Below are positions 1 to 9,200 of a DNA stretch of 64,000 nucleotides, in pieces (within the stretch, counting starts at the first letter, position 1; every line of letters starts with the position of its first letter). This DNA is from a virus, in the IMG/VR virus record IMGVR_UViG_3300032893_000008, positions 1 through 64,000 of that record. One strand, written 5' to 3'. The notes beneath the pieces were generated by a model. That model ran no database searches and was not told the DNA's origin. It saw only the letters and a list, made by a program, of their open reading frames with translations. Both the position numbers and the translations under genes were made by a program.

Positions 1-2
1 GT

Positions 3-284
3 TGCCATGTTCTATTCGACAGTGCCGCCTGCCGCACCGCCGAAAGAGCATCGCTCCGCGCCCACCTCGCCGCTGCGGAGAAGGAGCGCGACGAGGCCCG
101 CAAGCGGGTGGAGGAGATGGAGAAGGTTGTGAAGGCGGCAGAAGCCTACGTCTCCGCTTGCGTGTGTGCGGCGGTGATGGATGACGACGAGGCTGGGTTT
201 CACGAGGCCAACGCGGCTCTCCAACGAGCCGTGAATGAGATGCACGACTCCGCGCTCGATCCCGCCGGGAAGGGGGAAACGTGA
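3..284 (+). CDS. Partial hypothetical protein (5' end outside window)
   Basis: Open frame ...AAAEKERDEARKRVEEMEK...PAGKGET* ending in TGA that overlaps the next GTG. Confidence 0.6.
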   Translation, partial: CHVLFDSAACRTAERASLRAHLAAAEKERDEARKRVEEMEKVVKAAEAYVSACVCAAVMDDDEAGFHEANAALQRAVNEMHDSALDPAGKGET

Positions 285-469
285 CCCGCGACGAGATGGA
301 AGCGAAGGCGAGGGAGATCGTGCAGGCGTTCGAAGGTCGCCTCGTGGACCCGCACTGGCTGATCCTCAAGGCTCTCCAGCAGGCGCGGGAAGAAGCGATT
401 GAGGAGGCGGCGAAGGTGTGCGAGGAGAAGATCCGCGCCCTCGCGGCGGGCGGGAAGGGGGAGGGGTGA
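281..469 (+). CDS. Small hypothetical phage protein
   Basis: GTGA overlap, purine-rich RBS, 62 aa. Confidence 0.65.
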   Translation: MTRDEMEAKAREIVQAFEGRLVDPHWLILKALQQAREEAIEEAAKVCEEKIRALAAGGKGEG

Positions 470-597
470 GCATCTGGGACAAGTTTGCCAAGGTCTTCGC
501 GGCGCTCGATGAGGTCTGCGTCGAGGCCGACCGTCACGAAGACCACGGTCACGGTGAGCAAGGAGGCGCGGCGTGGGGAATCAGGGAAGGGGAAGGG

Positions 598-840
598 ATG
601 AGCGTCGATATGGAATTGGACCGGCTCATCAACGAGGCATGGGAAAAATGCGGGTCGGATAGGCTATGTGACGGCTGCATCCTGCGTCTAGCGAAGGCTA
701 TCCGTATCGCAACCTTGAATAAAGCCGCAGATATGGCGGCCGCGAGATGCCGGAACCATCCGCGGACCACGACGTGTCCGGGCTGCGAAGCAGCAGTAGA
801 GATTCGCGGTCGTGCCGTCGCCGAGAAGGAGGAGTGGTGA
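598..840 (+). CDS. Small Cys-rich hypothetical protein
   Basis: ATG after purine-rich RBS; CxxC motifs (LCDGC, CPGC). Confidence 0.55.
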   Translation: MSVDMELDRLINEAWEKCGSDRLCDGCILRLAKAIRIATLNKAADMAAARCRNHPRTTTCPGCEAAVEIRGRAVAEKEEW

Positions 841-980
841 CCTGGAGCTGTCATATCGATCTCTGGATCCAAAGCGCTTCTTGCTACACACAAATCAGTC
901 CCGATACGCTTTGGGCATTGGCAGTCACTACCTTCGCCGTCGCCATCGTCCTTTTCGTTATTTTTCGCAAAAAGTCTTGA
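837..980 (+). CDS. Small single-TM membrane protein
   Basis: GTGA overlap; hydrophobic LWALAVTTFAVAIVLFVIF followed by RKK. Confidence 0.5.
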   Translation: MTWSCHIDLWIQSASCYTQISPDTLWALAVTTFAVAIVLFVIFRKKS

Positions 981-1005
981 CCCCATCAATTTCAGGCGGT
1001 AGTAT
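977..1005 (+). promoter_or_regulatory. Sigma70-type promoter
   Basis: TTGACC-17 nt-TAGTAT, then AGGAGG and ATG 1025. Confidence 0.7.
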
Positions 1006-1024
1006 CAGCATCAGGAGGTCCAAG

Positions 1025-1213
1025 ATGAACTATGCGAAGCGAGTGGTCCAGGCCCTGATGACGAGCGGATACATGGACGAGGATGCAGCCAAGGAACTGG
1101 TGGCCGCGAACGCCGCGATCGTGATCGCCGGCGGGATGAACGGAGATCCCGCGGAAGATGTCGCGCACGACCTGTTCCTGATGCTCGGCCTCGGTCTCGG
1201 AGAGGAGAACTGA
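1025..1213 (+). CDS. Hypothetical protein
   Basis: AGGAGG SD, MNYAKRVV... 62 aa. Confidence 0.7.
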   Translation: MNYAKRVVQALMTSGYMDEDAAKELVAANAAIVIAGGMNGDPAEDVAHDLFLMLGLGLGEEN

Positions 1214-1422
1214 TGAAGATCACCTTCGACGTCAAGAAGGTCACGGTCATCGAACGGGGATTTCTAACGGATATCGTCATCCTGCACACGGATCTTCCCA
1301 CGCCGGTGCCGGGAGTAACTCAGGACGATCTGACCGTAGAATTCCGCGCCTACTCCGGGAAAGGATCGGAATACGTTCGGGAGAACTTCCCCGGGATCCC
1401 GATGGAGATCGTAAAGGCGTAA
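1213..1422 (+). CDS. Hypothetical protein
   Basis: TGATG coupling, GAGGAG SD. Confidence 0.7.
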   Translation: MKITFDVKKVTVIERGFLTDIVILHTDLPTPVPGVTQDDLTVEFRAYSGKGSEYVRENFPGIPMEIVKA

Positions 1423-1430
1423 ACACACAC

Positions 1431-1537
1431 GGGTTCGTAGCTCAAGTAGGCAGCAATGCTGAAAGCCATCCTAGTGATGGTAGGAGAGCACCGCCACCAG
1501 GCGGGGGATGCTGGTTCGAATCCGGCCGGACCCACCA
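1431..1537 (+). ncRNA. tRNA-like RNA with expanded D-loop, 4-nt anticodon loop and encoded CCA
   Basis: Acceptor GGGTTCG/CGGACCC-A-CCA, D stem GCTC/GAGC with two inserted hairpins, arm CCGCC-ACCA-GGCGG, T arm GCTGG-TTCGAAT-CCGGC. Confidence 0.8.
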
Positions 1538-1541
1538 AAAA

Positions 1542-1683
1542 CGAAGATAGAGTGGTAGACAGCTAGTCCCTGTTGGTCTGACAGTAGGAGAACTTGCAAG
1601 CGAAACATTGGGATGACGACCTGACGAAGAACTCGCTGGTGCCAATTCTACTGTTGCGGGTTCGAGCCCCGCTTAATTTTTCG
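1542..1683 (+). ncRNA. Candidate structured RNA with tRNA T-arm
   Basis: AGTGGTAGA D-loop-like motif, GACAG-CTAGTCC-CTGTT hairpin, ACAGTAGGA/TTCTACTGT stem, T arm GCGGG-TTCGAGC-CCCGC; weak acceptor stem. Confidence 0.45.
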
Positions 1684-1692
1684 GAGTAAACG

Positions 1693-2079
1693 ATGGCAGG
1701 TTTTGGAACGAAAAAGATGCTGGGGCGGCCGCAGGCCGAGCGCGAGGCGAACTGCCAAGCGCGCCTAGCTGCGTTCCGGGCCATGCCGAAGGAAGCCCGG
1801 GTCCGTCAGTTCCTGGAGGGCATGAATTATTCCTTCCAGGGTGGGTTCGGTGGGGTGTTCCACAACGCCAAGACGAAGTCGAAGGACTCCGGGCTGCCGG
1901 CGGACGTGGGGAACCTGTATCGGGAGGCCAGGGATTGGGGCTATGCGGCTTTCGCCGTCGAGAAGGCCGGCCACGTCGACCTGGCTACGCACTTCGCCGT
2001 CCTGGCGACCCGGGCTTCCTCTAAGGCAACAGGCATGATGGCGACGGGCTGGGTGTCCGACGCCGGGGTCGACAATTGA
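1693..2079 (+). CDS. Hypothetical protein
   Basis: GGAG SD, 128 aa ORF. Confidence 0.65.
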   Translation: MAGFGTKKMLGRPQAEREANCQARLAAFRAMPKEARVRQFLEGMNYSFQGGFGGVFHNAKTKSKDSGLPADVGNLYREARDWGYAAFAVEKAGHVDLATHFAVLATRASSKATGMMATGWVSDAGVDN

Positions 2080-2288
2080 AGAAAGGCACCCACTTCCTCG
2101 TGGGATTCCTCGTGGGCCTGATCCTGGCCACGGGGATGTGGGAGCCTGTTGTCCAGCGGAGCACCGAAATCACCAAGCGCGTCCTGGAGGATGAGCGCGA
2201 CCTCTTCGACTGCAACGCATCCCGAATCGAAGGCGAAGCGCTCTACCAGGAACAAGTCCTACTGATGCGAGGGAAGAAGAAGCCATGA
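2076..2288 (+). CDS. Small membrane-anchored protein
   Basis: N-terminal hydrophobic segment; overlaps neighbours. Confidence 0.55.
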   Translation: MKKGTHFLVGFLVGLILATGMWEPVVQRSTEITKRVLEDERDLFDCNASRIEGEALYQEQVLLMRGKKKP

Positions 2289-2449
2289 AGTCCATCTCGG
2301 CTACCGACGATTCGATCATCGCTTTCGTCCTGCGTTACGGGAGTATCGCGCCCAACATGCTGGAGCGCCTCTCGCCCCTCGGGATACTCGTCCTGACTCA
2401 CCTGATCAACGTCGAAATCGGACTAGAGAGTCCGTGGGAGAACCCGTGA
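2285..2449 (+). CDS. Small hypothetical protein (54 aa, below ORF-track cutoff)
   Basis: ATGA overlap upstream, GTGA overlap downstream; MKSISATDD...WENP. Confidence 0.5.
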   Translation: MKSISATDDSIIAFVLRYGSIAPNMLERLSPLGILVLTHLINVEIGLESPWENP

Positions 2450-3336
2450 ACGAACATACGATGCAGCAAGGCAGTGGTGTGGGCCCTGAGTGGAATAGGG
2501 TCATCGTGATTCCACCGGAGAAGGAGCGCGCTCCTTTCAAGTCCGGGATCTACGATACTCACATCGACATGTTCGGTCATCCAATCTTCAAGGCGATAAT
2601 GCCCAGCGGCGAGCCTATCATCGATGTCGGCGGCCTGGCCCAAGAACTGCTGAAGGACATGCAGCTCTTCATGAGTAATCGCTCGAAATACCTGAAGCTC
2701 AAGCTCCCCCATAAACGCGGCTACCTGATGCATGGCGATCCGGGATGCGGCAAGACCAGTATGATTCGGCTGGTCCAGCGACTTTTCGTCGAAAAGTTCG
2801 GTGGGACCGTGCTTCACATCCGGCACGTTTCCTGCTCGCAATTCTACGACGAAGTGCACAAGGTCGATCCCATGATGCCGATTATGTTCGTGATCGAGGA
2901 CCTCGACAACTACCTGAGCAGCTTCGAACCCCAACTGCTGGAATTCCTCGATGGCGCCGAGAGCCTGGACAACGTAATCCTGCTGGCGACCACGAACTAC
3001 CTACAGAACGTGCCGGATCGCGTCCGCTCGCGCCCTTCACGCATCGATCGGCTGTTCGCGGTCGCCAAACCCAACACGGAGGAGCGCCAAATCTACCTGG
3101 CCGGCCTCGGTGCGACTGGCGAGTATCTTTCCACGCTGGTGAGCTACTCCGAAGGGATGTCCTTCGCGCAGGCCAAGGAACTCTTCATCGGGACGGCGAT
3201 CTTCGGCAACTCCATCAACGAAGTCGCCGAGCGCCTCAAGAACCTACCTGATGAAGCCCTCATGGAAGAAGACGAAGCCGACGAGGATTACCCTGGACAA
3301 GGCAAGGTCGCGGTGTCGCCGACAGATCTGCGTTGA
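2446..3336 (+). CDS. AAA+ ATPase (BCS1-like clade)
   Basis: KRGYLMHGDPGCGKT Walker A, IEDLD Walker B, ATTNY, RPSRID arginine finger. Confidence 0.85.
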   Translation: MNEHTMQQGSGVGPEWNRVIVIPPEKERAPFKSGIYDTHIDMFGHPIFKAIMPSGEPIIDVGGLAQELLKDMQLFMSNRSKYLKLKLPHKRGYLMHGDPGCGKTSMIRLVQRLFVEKFGGTVLHIRHVSCSQFYDEVHKVDPMMPIMFVIEDLDNYLSSFEPQLLEFLDGAESLDNVILLATTNYLQNVPDRVRSRPSRIDRLFAVAKPNTEERQIYLAGLGATGEYLSTLVSYSEGMSFAQAKELFIGTAIFGNSINEVAERLKNLPDEALMEEDEADEDYPGQGKVAVSPTDLR

Positions 3337-3357
3337 AAGACTCCACGGGGGAAAATC

Positions 3358-3386
3358 TTGACTTCCACAACCAACGATCGTATCCT
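3358..3386 (+). promoter_or_regulatory. Sigma70-type promoter, leaderless transcript
   Basis: TTGACT-17 nt-TATCCT, 7 nt before ATG 3394, no SD. Confidence 0.6.
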
Positions 3387-3393
3387 CTAGGCC

Positions 3394-3834
3394 ATGAAAC
3401 GCGTCTACATCCTCTCCGGTCTCCCTGGCATGGGCAAGTCTACGCTCGCCAACGTTCTTCTTCTCGGTCACGTGGGGTTGGGGCATATCGTCTCCGCCGA
3501 TCACTACCTGGTCAATGAGGACGGGAAATACGAGTGGTCCGTGGAGCGCCTCAAGAACGCTCACGCGCTCTGTCGTCGGCGCTACTTCAGCCTCATCGCC
3601 GAAGAGTTGGAAGTCGTTGGGGATCGAATCGTCATCCTCGACAACACCAACCTCGCCAAGCGTGAGTTCGCAGAATACAAGCGCGCGGCCGAGGATCACG
3701 GTTGGCAGGTTTTCGAGATCTGCGTCGGGAATCTCGACGTCGACACCGCCGAGAAGCGGAACACTCACCAGGTGCCGCGAGCTACCTTGGAGAAGATGCG
3801 GGATCGCCTCCGGAGCCGCTGGGCGACTGGGTGA
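3394..3834 (+). CDS. P-loop kinase, AAA_33 / polynucleotide-kinase-like
   Basis: SGLPGMGKST, SADHY, ILDNTN, RNTHQVP motifs. Confidence 0.8.
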   Translation: MKRVYILSGLPGMGKSTLANVLLLGHVGLGHIVSADHYLVNEDGKYEWSVERLKNAHALCRRRYFSLIAEELEVVGDRIVILDNTNLAKREFAEYKRAAEDHGWQVFEICVGNLDVDTAEKRNTHQVPRATLEKMRDRLRSRWATG

Positions 3835-4098
3835 ATGCCGGGGACTAGCGATAGCAGTAAAAATCTTTTCCCGATGAACCCGAACAATATTTCGGTCGAC
3901 CATCGGGTCAGGCACTACGCTCGTCCAGATCTAGGCGTGGGCATCGTGGAGTCTATCAACCAACAAGCAGGCGATGCCTTCATCCGTTGGGCAAATGAGG
4001 ACTACAAAAGCCTAAAGATGCACTACCTGACCTACCTGTATCGAGATCCGCTGGACGTGATCTACGGGATCCTGGACGAGCTTACGAAGCAGTCTTGA
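3835..4098 (+). CDS. Hypothetical protein
   Basis: ORF in tandem; start may be 3874. Confidence 0.5.
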   Translation: MPGTSDSSKNLFPMNPNNISVDHRVRHYARPDLGVGIVESINQQAGDAFIRWANEDYKSLKMHYLTYLYRDPLDVIYGILDELTKQS

Positions 4099-4264
4099 CT
4101 TCGTCCGCGGTCTTTTCGTCGAGACGATCGCGAAGATAAGTCGCCGTCGTGTCGAGCGGTCCAACGATCAGCCGTTCCGCGTTCTCAAATCCTAGCTGAT
4201 AAGCAACGCACTCGGCGCACGTCTTTTCGCCTGCTTCATCGTGGGCGCAGTGATAGAGGGCCAT
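4082..4264 (-). CDS. Hypothetical protein
   Basis: TAATG coupling, AGGAG SD. Confidence 0.55.
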   Translation of the reverse strand: MALYHCAHDEAGEKTCAECVAYQLGFENAERLIVGPLDTTATYLRDRLDEKTADEVKTAS

Positions 4265-4455
4265 TAGCTCTCCTTCTTCGTCTCGTGAGCTGGCGCGGCT
4301 GCCTTGGCTTCTGCCTCAACGGCAGCGATCGCGGCACCGATCTCGCCCATCAGGGCGTTCACGGCCGGAAGATTCTTCACCCCACCGGTCTTGAGTGCGA
4401 GATCGCACAGGTTGTGAATGGTATCGAGGGCGTTGTTGGATAGTTCAAGCTTCAT
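4264..4455 (-). CDS. Hypothetical protein
   Basis: 63 aa; TAAAAT 6 nt upstream of ATG. Confidence 0.6.
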   Translation of the reverse strand: MKLELSNNALDTIHNLCDLALKTGGVKNLPAVNALMGEIGAAIAAVEAEAKAAAPAHETKKES

Positions 4456-4472
4456 GGTGCTATTTTACCAGA

Positions 4473-5840
4473 TTACTCAAAGTAGCCATTGACCGTTACG
4501 TCCCCGCGAATAACCTGCGACGCGGTAGCGGTGCCGACAGGAACCTGAAGGATCACGTGGAAGAAGCGAGATGCGTCCACGCATAGCGGCGGGCTGAAGT
4601 TCATAACGACGTCGGACGCAGCAGCACCGATGGCGGCGCCAACAATAAAACCTTGCGTGCCCAGGGGAATACGGCGAGGTGCCCAAGTTCCGGCGCCGTC
4701 GGCGGTCGCCAGCGAGACAGCGGAAGCATTCACGCCAACGCCCCAATCGAGGATCGTTGCTGTAGTCGCTACCGCCGCTCCGGTGTTGATAGCCGAAATC
4801 TTAACCGAGGTAACGTAAAGCTGATATCCCGCCGGCACCTGGTAACCAAATAGCGCAAAGTCCGTCGCAGCACCGGCAGGAGCGGCGAACTGATAGCGAC
4901 CCCCTAGGGTCGTGTAACCAGCGGCGGTATTCGATAGTGTAGCGCTGGAAGGACTGGCGGAGTTCGCATGGTTCGCCGTCTGTCCGAACGCAGTGATCGG
5001 CGACTGGTAGGCACCCAGTCCGCGGCCGACTTGCACGTCCGCCCACTGTTTGTTCCAGTTGATATCGAGCTGAGCTACCGAAACTGAGGCAATCGAGAGC
5101 TGAGGAGCCAACGCCGGCGCGGAACCACCGCTATATACTCGCGCGAATATCGGCATCCTAGTGGTGCTGGACTGAGAGGGGTTCGTTCCCGGGGTCAGCG
5201 TAGCCACCAGGACTTCATCGACGAAGAATAGGCTCTGAGCGTTCGTCGTTCGAACAATCTCGAAAGTGTGGTAGGCCGCGGAAGGAGTGGAGAGAGCTTG
5301 CGTAGTTTCCGTGCCGTTGAAGTTAACTACCGCCTGGAAAGCAGCGCCAGTCCAGCGGAAGAAGGAACCATCCGTAGGGGCGGCGGTCGTAGCGACTACG
5401 CCGAAACCTAGCTCACCTACGGCGTTAGTTTCAGGGAGGTTGACGGGCTTGGCGTAGAATCGAGCCGACACGCCGAAGTTGCCGAGGCGAGCTGGATTCT
5501 TGATCGAGTTGATGATCGCGTAAACGCTAGTAGCGATCGATCCACCGGCGTTAAGCAGGATTCCGTTCGCTAGAGTCTGCGTGATCGTCATCGTCGAAGT
5601 CGACTGGAGCCAGATATTCGTGTTGATCGCCGTGCCATCAACCGGATCCCAGATGTAGAGGTCATCTAGACCGCAACGCTGGCGACCGCCCGACGGTGAA
5701 ACGAAGGCTTTGTTGCCGTTCGAATCCGTCATCGGTCCGATGTAGTTACCGGACTGATCATAGATCGATGTCCGGGCGGCTTTCGACGTCGGGTCTACCG
5801 TGAGGAGGTCAATTGTCGCGCCACTTTGAATGATAGCCAT
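4473..5840 (-). CDS. Putative virion structural / receptor-binding protein
   Basis: 455 aa, Ala/Thr/Gly-rich beta-type composition, possible lectin-like segment; co-oriented with the fibre gene. Confidence 0.55.
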   Translation of the reverse strand: MAIIQSGATIDLLTVDPTSKAARTSIYDQSGNYIGPMTDSNGNKAFVSPSGGRQRCGLDDLYIWDPVDGTAINTNIWLQSTSTMTITQTLANGILLNAGGSIATSVYAIINSIKNPARLGNFGVSARFYAKPVNLPETNAVGELGFGVVATTAAPTDGSFFRWTGAAFQAVVNFNGTETTQALSTPSAAYHTFEIVRTTNAQSLFFVDEVLVATLTPGTNPSQSSTTRMPIFARVYSGGSAPALAPQLSIASVSVAQLDINWNKQWADVQVGRGLGAYQSPITAFGQTANHANSASPSSATLSNTAAGYTTLGGRYQFAAPAGAATDFALFGYQVPAGYQLYVTSVKISAINTGAAVATTATILDWGVGVNASAVSLATADGAGTWAPRRIPLGTQGFIVGAAIGAAASDVVMNFSPPLCVDASRFFHVILQVPVGTATASQVIRGDVTVNGYFE

Positions 5841-5849
5841 GTTGTTACC

Positions 5850-6293
5850 TTAAGCCGAGACTGCGTAATTGAATTTGATGTTCCCTCTTATCGGACCGCC
5901 CTTGGGAGGACAAACCCAATAAACCCTGATCGTAGTTGAGTTTACCACATAAGCTGTAGCCAGAACTTGATCCATCTCAGCCTCGTCCGCCTGATCACCT
6001 TTCCCGGTGTAAGGACCGGCGGCTTGCTGGATCAGGACTGGTTTCCCGGGGGTAAGTCCGGAGGAGGTAATGTCAAAAGTGCCGCTATATTGAGGGACTC
6101 CACCGCCGATGGAGGTTTCAACGGTCGTGAGGGTAAGACCGCCCCCGGGACCACCACCCGGAACGTTGACGGTAGCTGTATCGCCAGAAACGGTAGCGGT
6201 GACACCCGCGCCTGTGAAATCCAGGGAGTGCACTACCCCCTGGGAAACGCCTTCATCTCTGACTTCCACTCCTGAAGGGTTATAAACCGGCAT
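5850..6293 (-). CDS. Putative virion structural protein
   Basis: VRDEG...LDFTGAGVTAT motif typical of fibre-associated proteins; TAATG coupling. Confidence 0.55.
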   Translation of the reverse strand: MPVYNPSGVEVRDEGVSQGVVHSLDFTGAGVTATVSGDTATVNVPGGGPGGGLTLTTVETSIGGGVPQYSGTFDITSSGLTPGKPVLIQQAAGPYTGKGDQADEAEMDQVLATAYVVNSTTIRVYWVCPPKGGPIRGNIKFNYAVSA

Positions 6294-9200
6294 TAGCTAA
6301 ATTCCTGAATCGATAGATTGCTAGCGGCGCCGCCGGCGATCGCGTTAACTGCTTGAGTTGTAAACGTATATTCGTCCATGACGAAAGTGCCGCCGTTCGC
6401 CAGAAGAGAAATACCGCTACCGAGGACTGCAGCGTTCGCGCCGAACGCGATCGAGATCGTCTTGTTGGAGGTATTCACCAAAGTTAGACCCTTACGCGAG
6501 GCATTCGCTGCGACTGCAGTGCCAGAGGCAATCCCTACAGACGCAGACGCAGGCGCCGAAGGCGTGAGAGCGGTCTTGGTGCTGACCGCAAGAGTCGACT
6601 GATCGCTGGCGATCGCCACCGGGATGGAAGACGCCATGGCCTTCTGGCCGATGGCCTCGATCGATCCACCGTTGGCCGTCAACCGGAGATTGACGCCGAT
6701 GTTCCATTCCGTGCCAGCGCCGGAGTCAAGATCGAAGGTCTTGGTAATCGAGTTGGTGCCATCAGTTAGGCGAACGTTCCAGTTACCCGACTGAGCAGCC
6801 TGCACGGCGAAAGTGCCATTATTATCGACCGTGAGGCTGCCGGCATTATCGTCCACGTGGACGACGTTCGTGATACTCGTGACAGTGCTTACAGTCCCGA
6901 TATTCCAGGTGCCGGATTGTGACACAGGGAAAGCAGCCTGGTCCGAGGCGATCACCACCGGGATCGAGTTGGTCATCGTCTTCTGACCAACCGAAGGAGC
7001 GGTGGAGCCTAGCCAAGAGCTTACGTCCGATCGCAGGCGGCCGGAGAGGTCCGTCGATAGCAAGACTTCATTGCCTTCGGACCAAGTGGGCGCGGCAGCA
7101 TTCGCAATCGCAACGAGCGCACCAACGTTGGTAGCGCCCGGGGCGGCGTTGTTGTTCGTCTTGTCGCCGCGGACGTTAACATTGAGTCGACCATTCGAAT
7201 CACCGCTAGCCGACTGGATGTTGACACCGTCGTCAACCATCATCAGGGTGCCAGTGGCAGTGCCACGGGCGGTGCCATCGGCATACTGCTGACCACCACC
7301 AAAAGTGGTGATCTGGTTGCCGGAGGCATCGTAGACCGCGACGTCCAGGATCTGATGGTTCGCGCCAGAAGGCGTGGAGGTCACGTCCGCTGCGATAGTA
7401 GCGCCTTTCGCGCCACCACGGACGATCGATTTCTGGGTGCCGTTAGTCTGATTAGCGCTCGTGGCGAGCGTAGAAAGAGCAGCATCCAGGTTAACGTTGT
7501 CGATCGTCAGACTACCGGCGTTGTCATCGACATGGACGACGTTCGTGATCGAGGTGACGGTCCCGATGTTCCAGGTGCCGGACTGAGAGACCGACCACGG
7601 GGCTCCGCCCTGGTTGGCGGTAACCGTGCCATCAACCGTAATCGAGTTACCACCGTCCTGGATATTGACCGCGGCCGCGCCGGCGCCATTCGTCGCTAGA
7701 ACACGCTGATTGCCAGCGAGATCCACCGACAGGAGAACTTCATTGCCTTCGGACCAGGTGGGCGCGGCAGCATTAGCTACCGCCACCAGGGCGCCTAGAT
7801 TATTAGCCCCTGGAGCTGCGCTGTTGTTAGTCTTCGATCCGGCGGCCGTTACCGTCCAGGAACCAGACTGAGAAACCGCCAGAGCCGATTGATCGCTGGC
7901 CAAGGAGACCGGCAGCGAGTTGGCCATCGTCTTCTGACCGACGGTGGGGGCGGTGGAACCTAGCCAAGCGCCAACATTGGCGTCGAGACGACCACCCACG
8001 AGCGACGACGGTAGCTGAGATGTATCAATCGTCAACGAACCAGCGTTGTCATCGACATGGACGACGTTCGTGATCGAGGTGACGGTCGTGACGGTAGAAA
8101 CCGTCCCAATGTCCCAGGTGCCGGACTGAGATACTGGTAGTGCAGACTGGTTGCTCGCGAGAGTGACGGGCACCGAGCTAGCCATGGTCTTCTGACCAAG
8201 GGAAGTGGCCGTTCCACCCCAGGAAGTGATATCCGAAGTCAGAGAACCCGCTGGATCGACGAGAACATCGATCCAAGTGCCACCGCCGGCGGTCGAACGA
8301 CCTACGAGCGCAGATCGGCTCAGCCGCGCAAGCGATTGATCTGTCAGTGTAGACGTAAGAGTGATGACCTCGCCAGTCGTGCCGGCAGACCAACACGCAG
8401 TCGTGATCTGGAGGTTCGTCGCATCCGATGCCGTCTTACTGACGTCCAAAGTGATCGGGAGGTCAGGATTCTGAACCGAAGGCAACGTGCTCGTATTAGG
8501 CTGCCGAATCGTATGGAAAACGATCCAAGCGCCATCGGGCGAGAGAATTTCAAAGATGATAGGAGCCGAACCAAACCAACCAAAGCGGATGCGGAAGAGG
8601 TTGGACAGCGTCTTATCTACCGCTTCCAGAACACCGCCGCGGGTAAAGGCACTGCCAGCGGAGCCGTCGAGCGGATCGCCGTTGAAGCTCGCCTGAGGGA
8701 CGTTTACATCGACACCAGCGGAGCGCTTCGTAATACCGAAAGACAGTCCCTCGTAGCCTACAAAGAAGCCGTTGCTGGCATCGTAGAGGCCAATGCGCTG
8801 ATACGAAGACGCAGACGTCGGGGTCGTGAAAGCTGCCGTAAATTCGACGTAAGTTTCGTTGCCCGGACGATAACTCGTGTTTGCGAGACTGACGCCCTTG
8901 GACGAAGAAGTGACGCCAACGCCCGTCTGGAAAACAGCGTGTCCGTTAGCAATCGCCGCCGAACCCGTGCCGGTGTTGGTCAGCGTGACGAGCGAGCTAA
9001 GCGTGCCAGTATCGAGCTTGACCTCAACCTGGTTGAGTCGGGTCGTTCCGACTGAAGCACCGAAGATATCGCGATCGCGCGCGACGATCGCGATGGATTG
9101 ATCGCTAGCGATCGTCACCGGGATCGAGTTGGCCATCGTCTTCTGACCGACGGTGGGGGCGGTGGAACCTAGCCATTTCGTGACTTCTGCAGACACTACA

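Noticed and set aside
1595-1640. Hammerhead ribozyme (GAAAC ... CTGACGA) or tmRNA tag frame
   Set aside because: The required stems and cleavage-site U are missing; there is no tag ORF with a stop and no G3:U70 acceptor.
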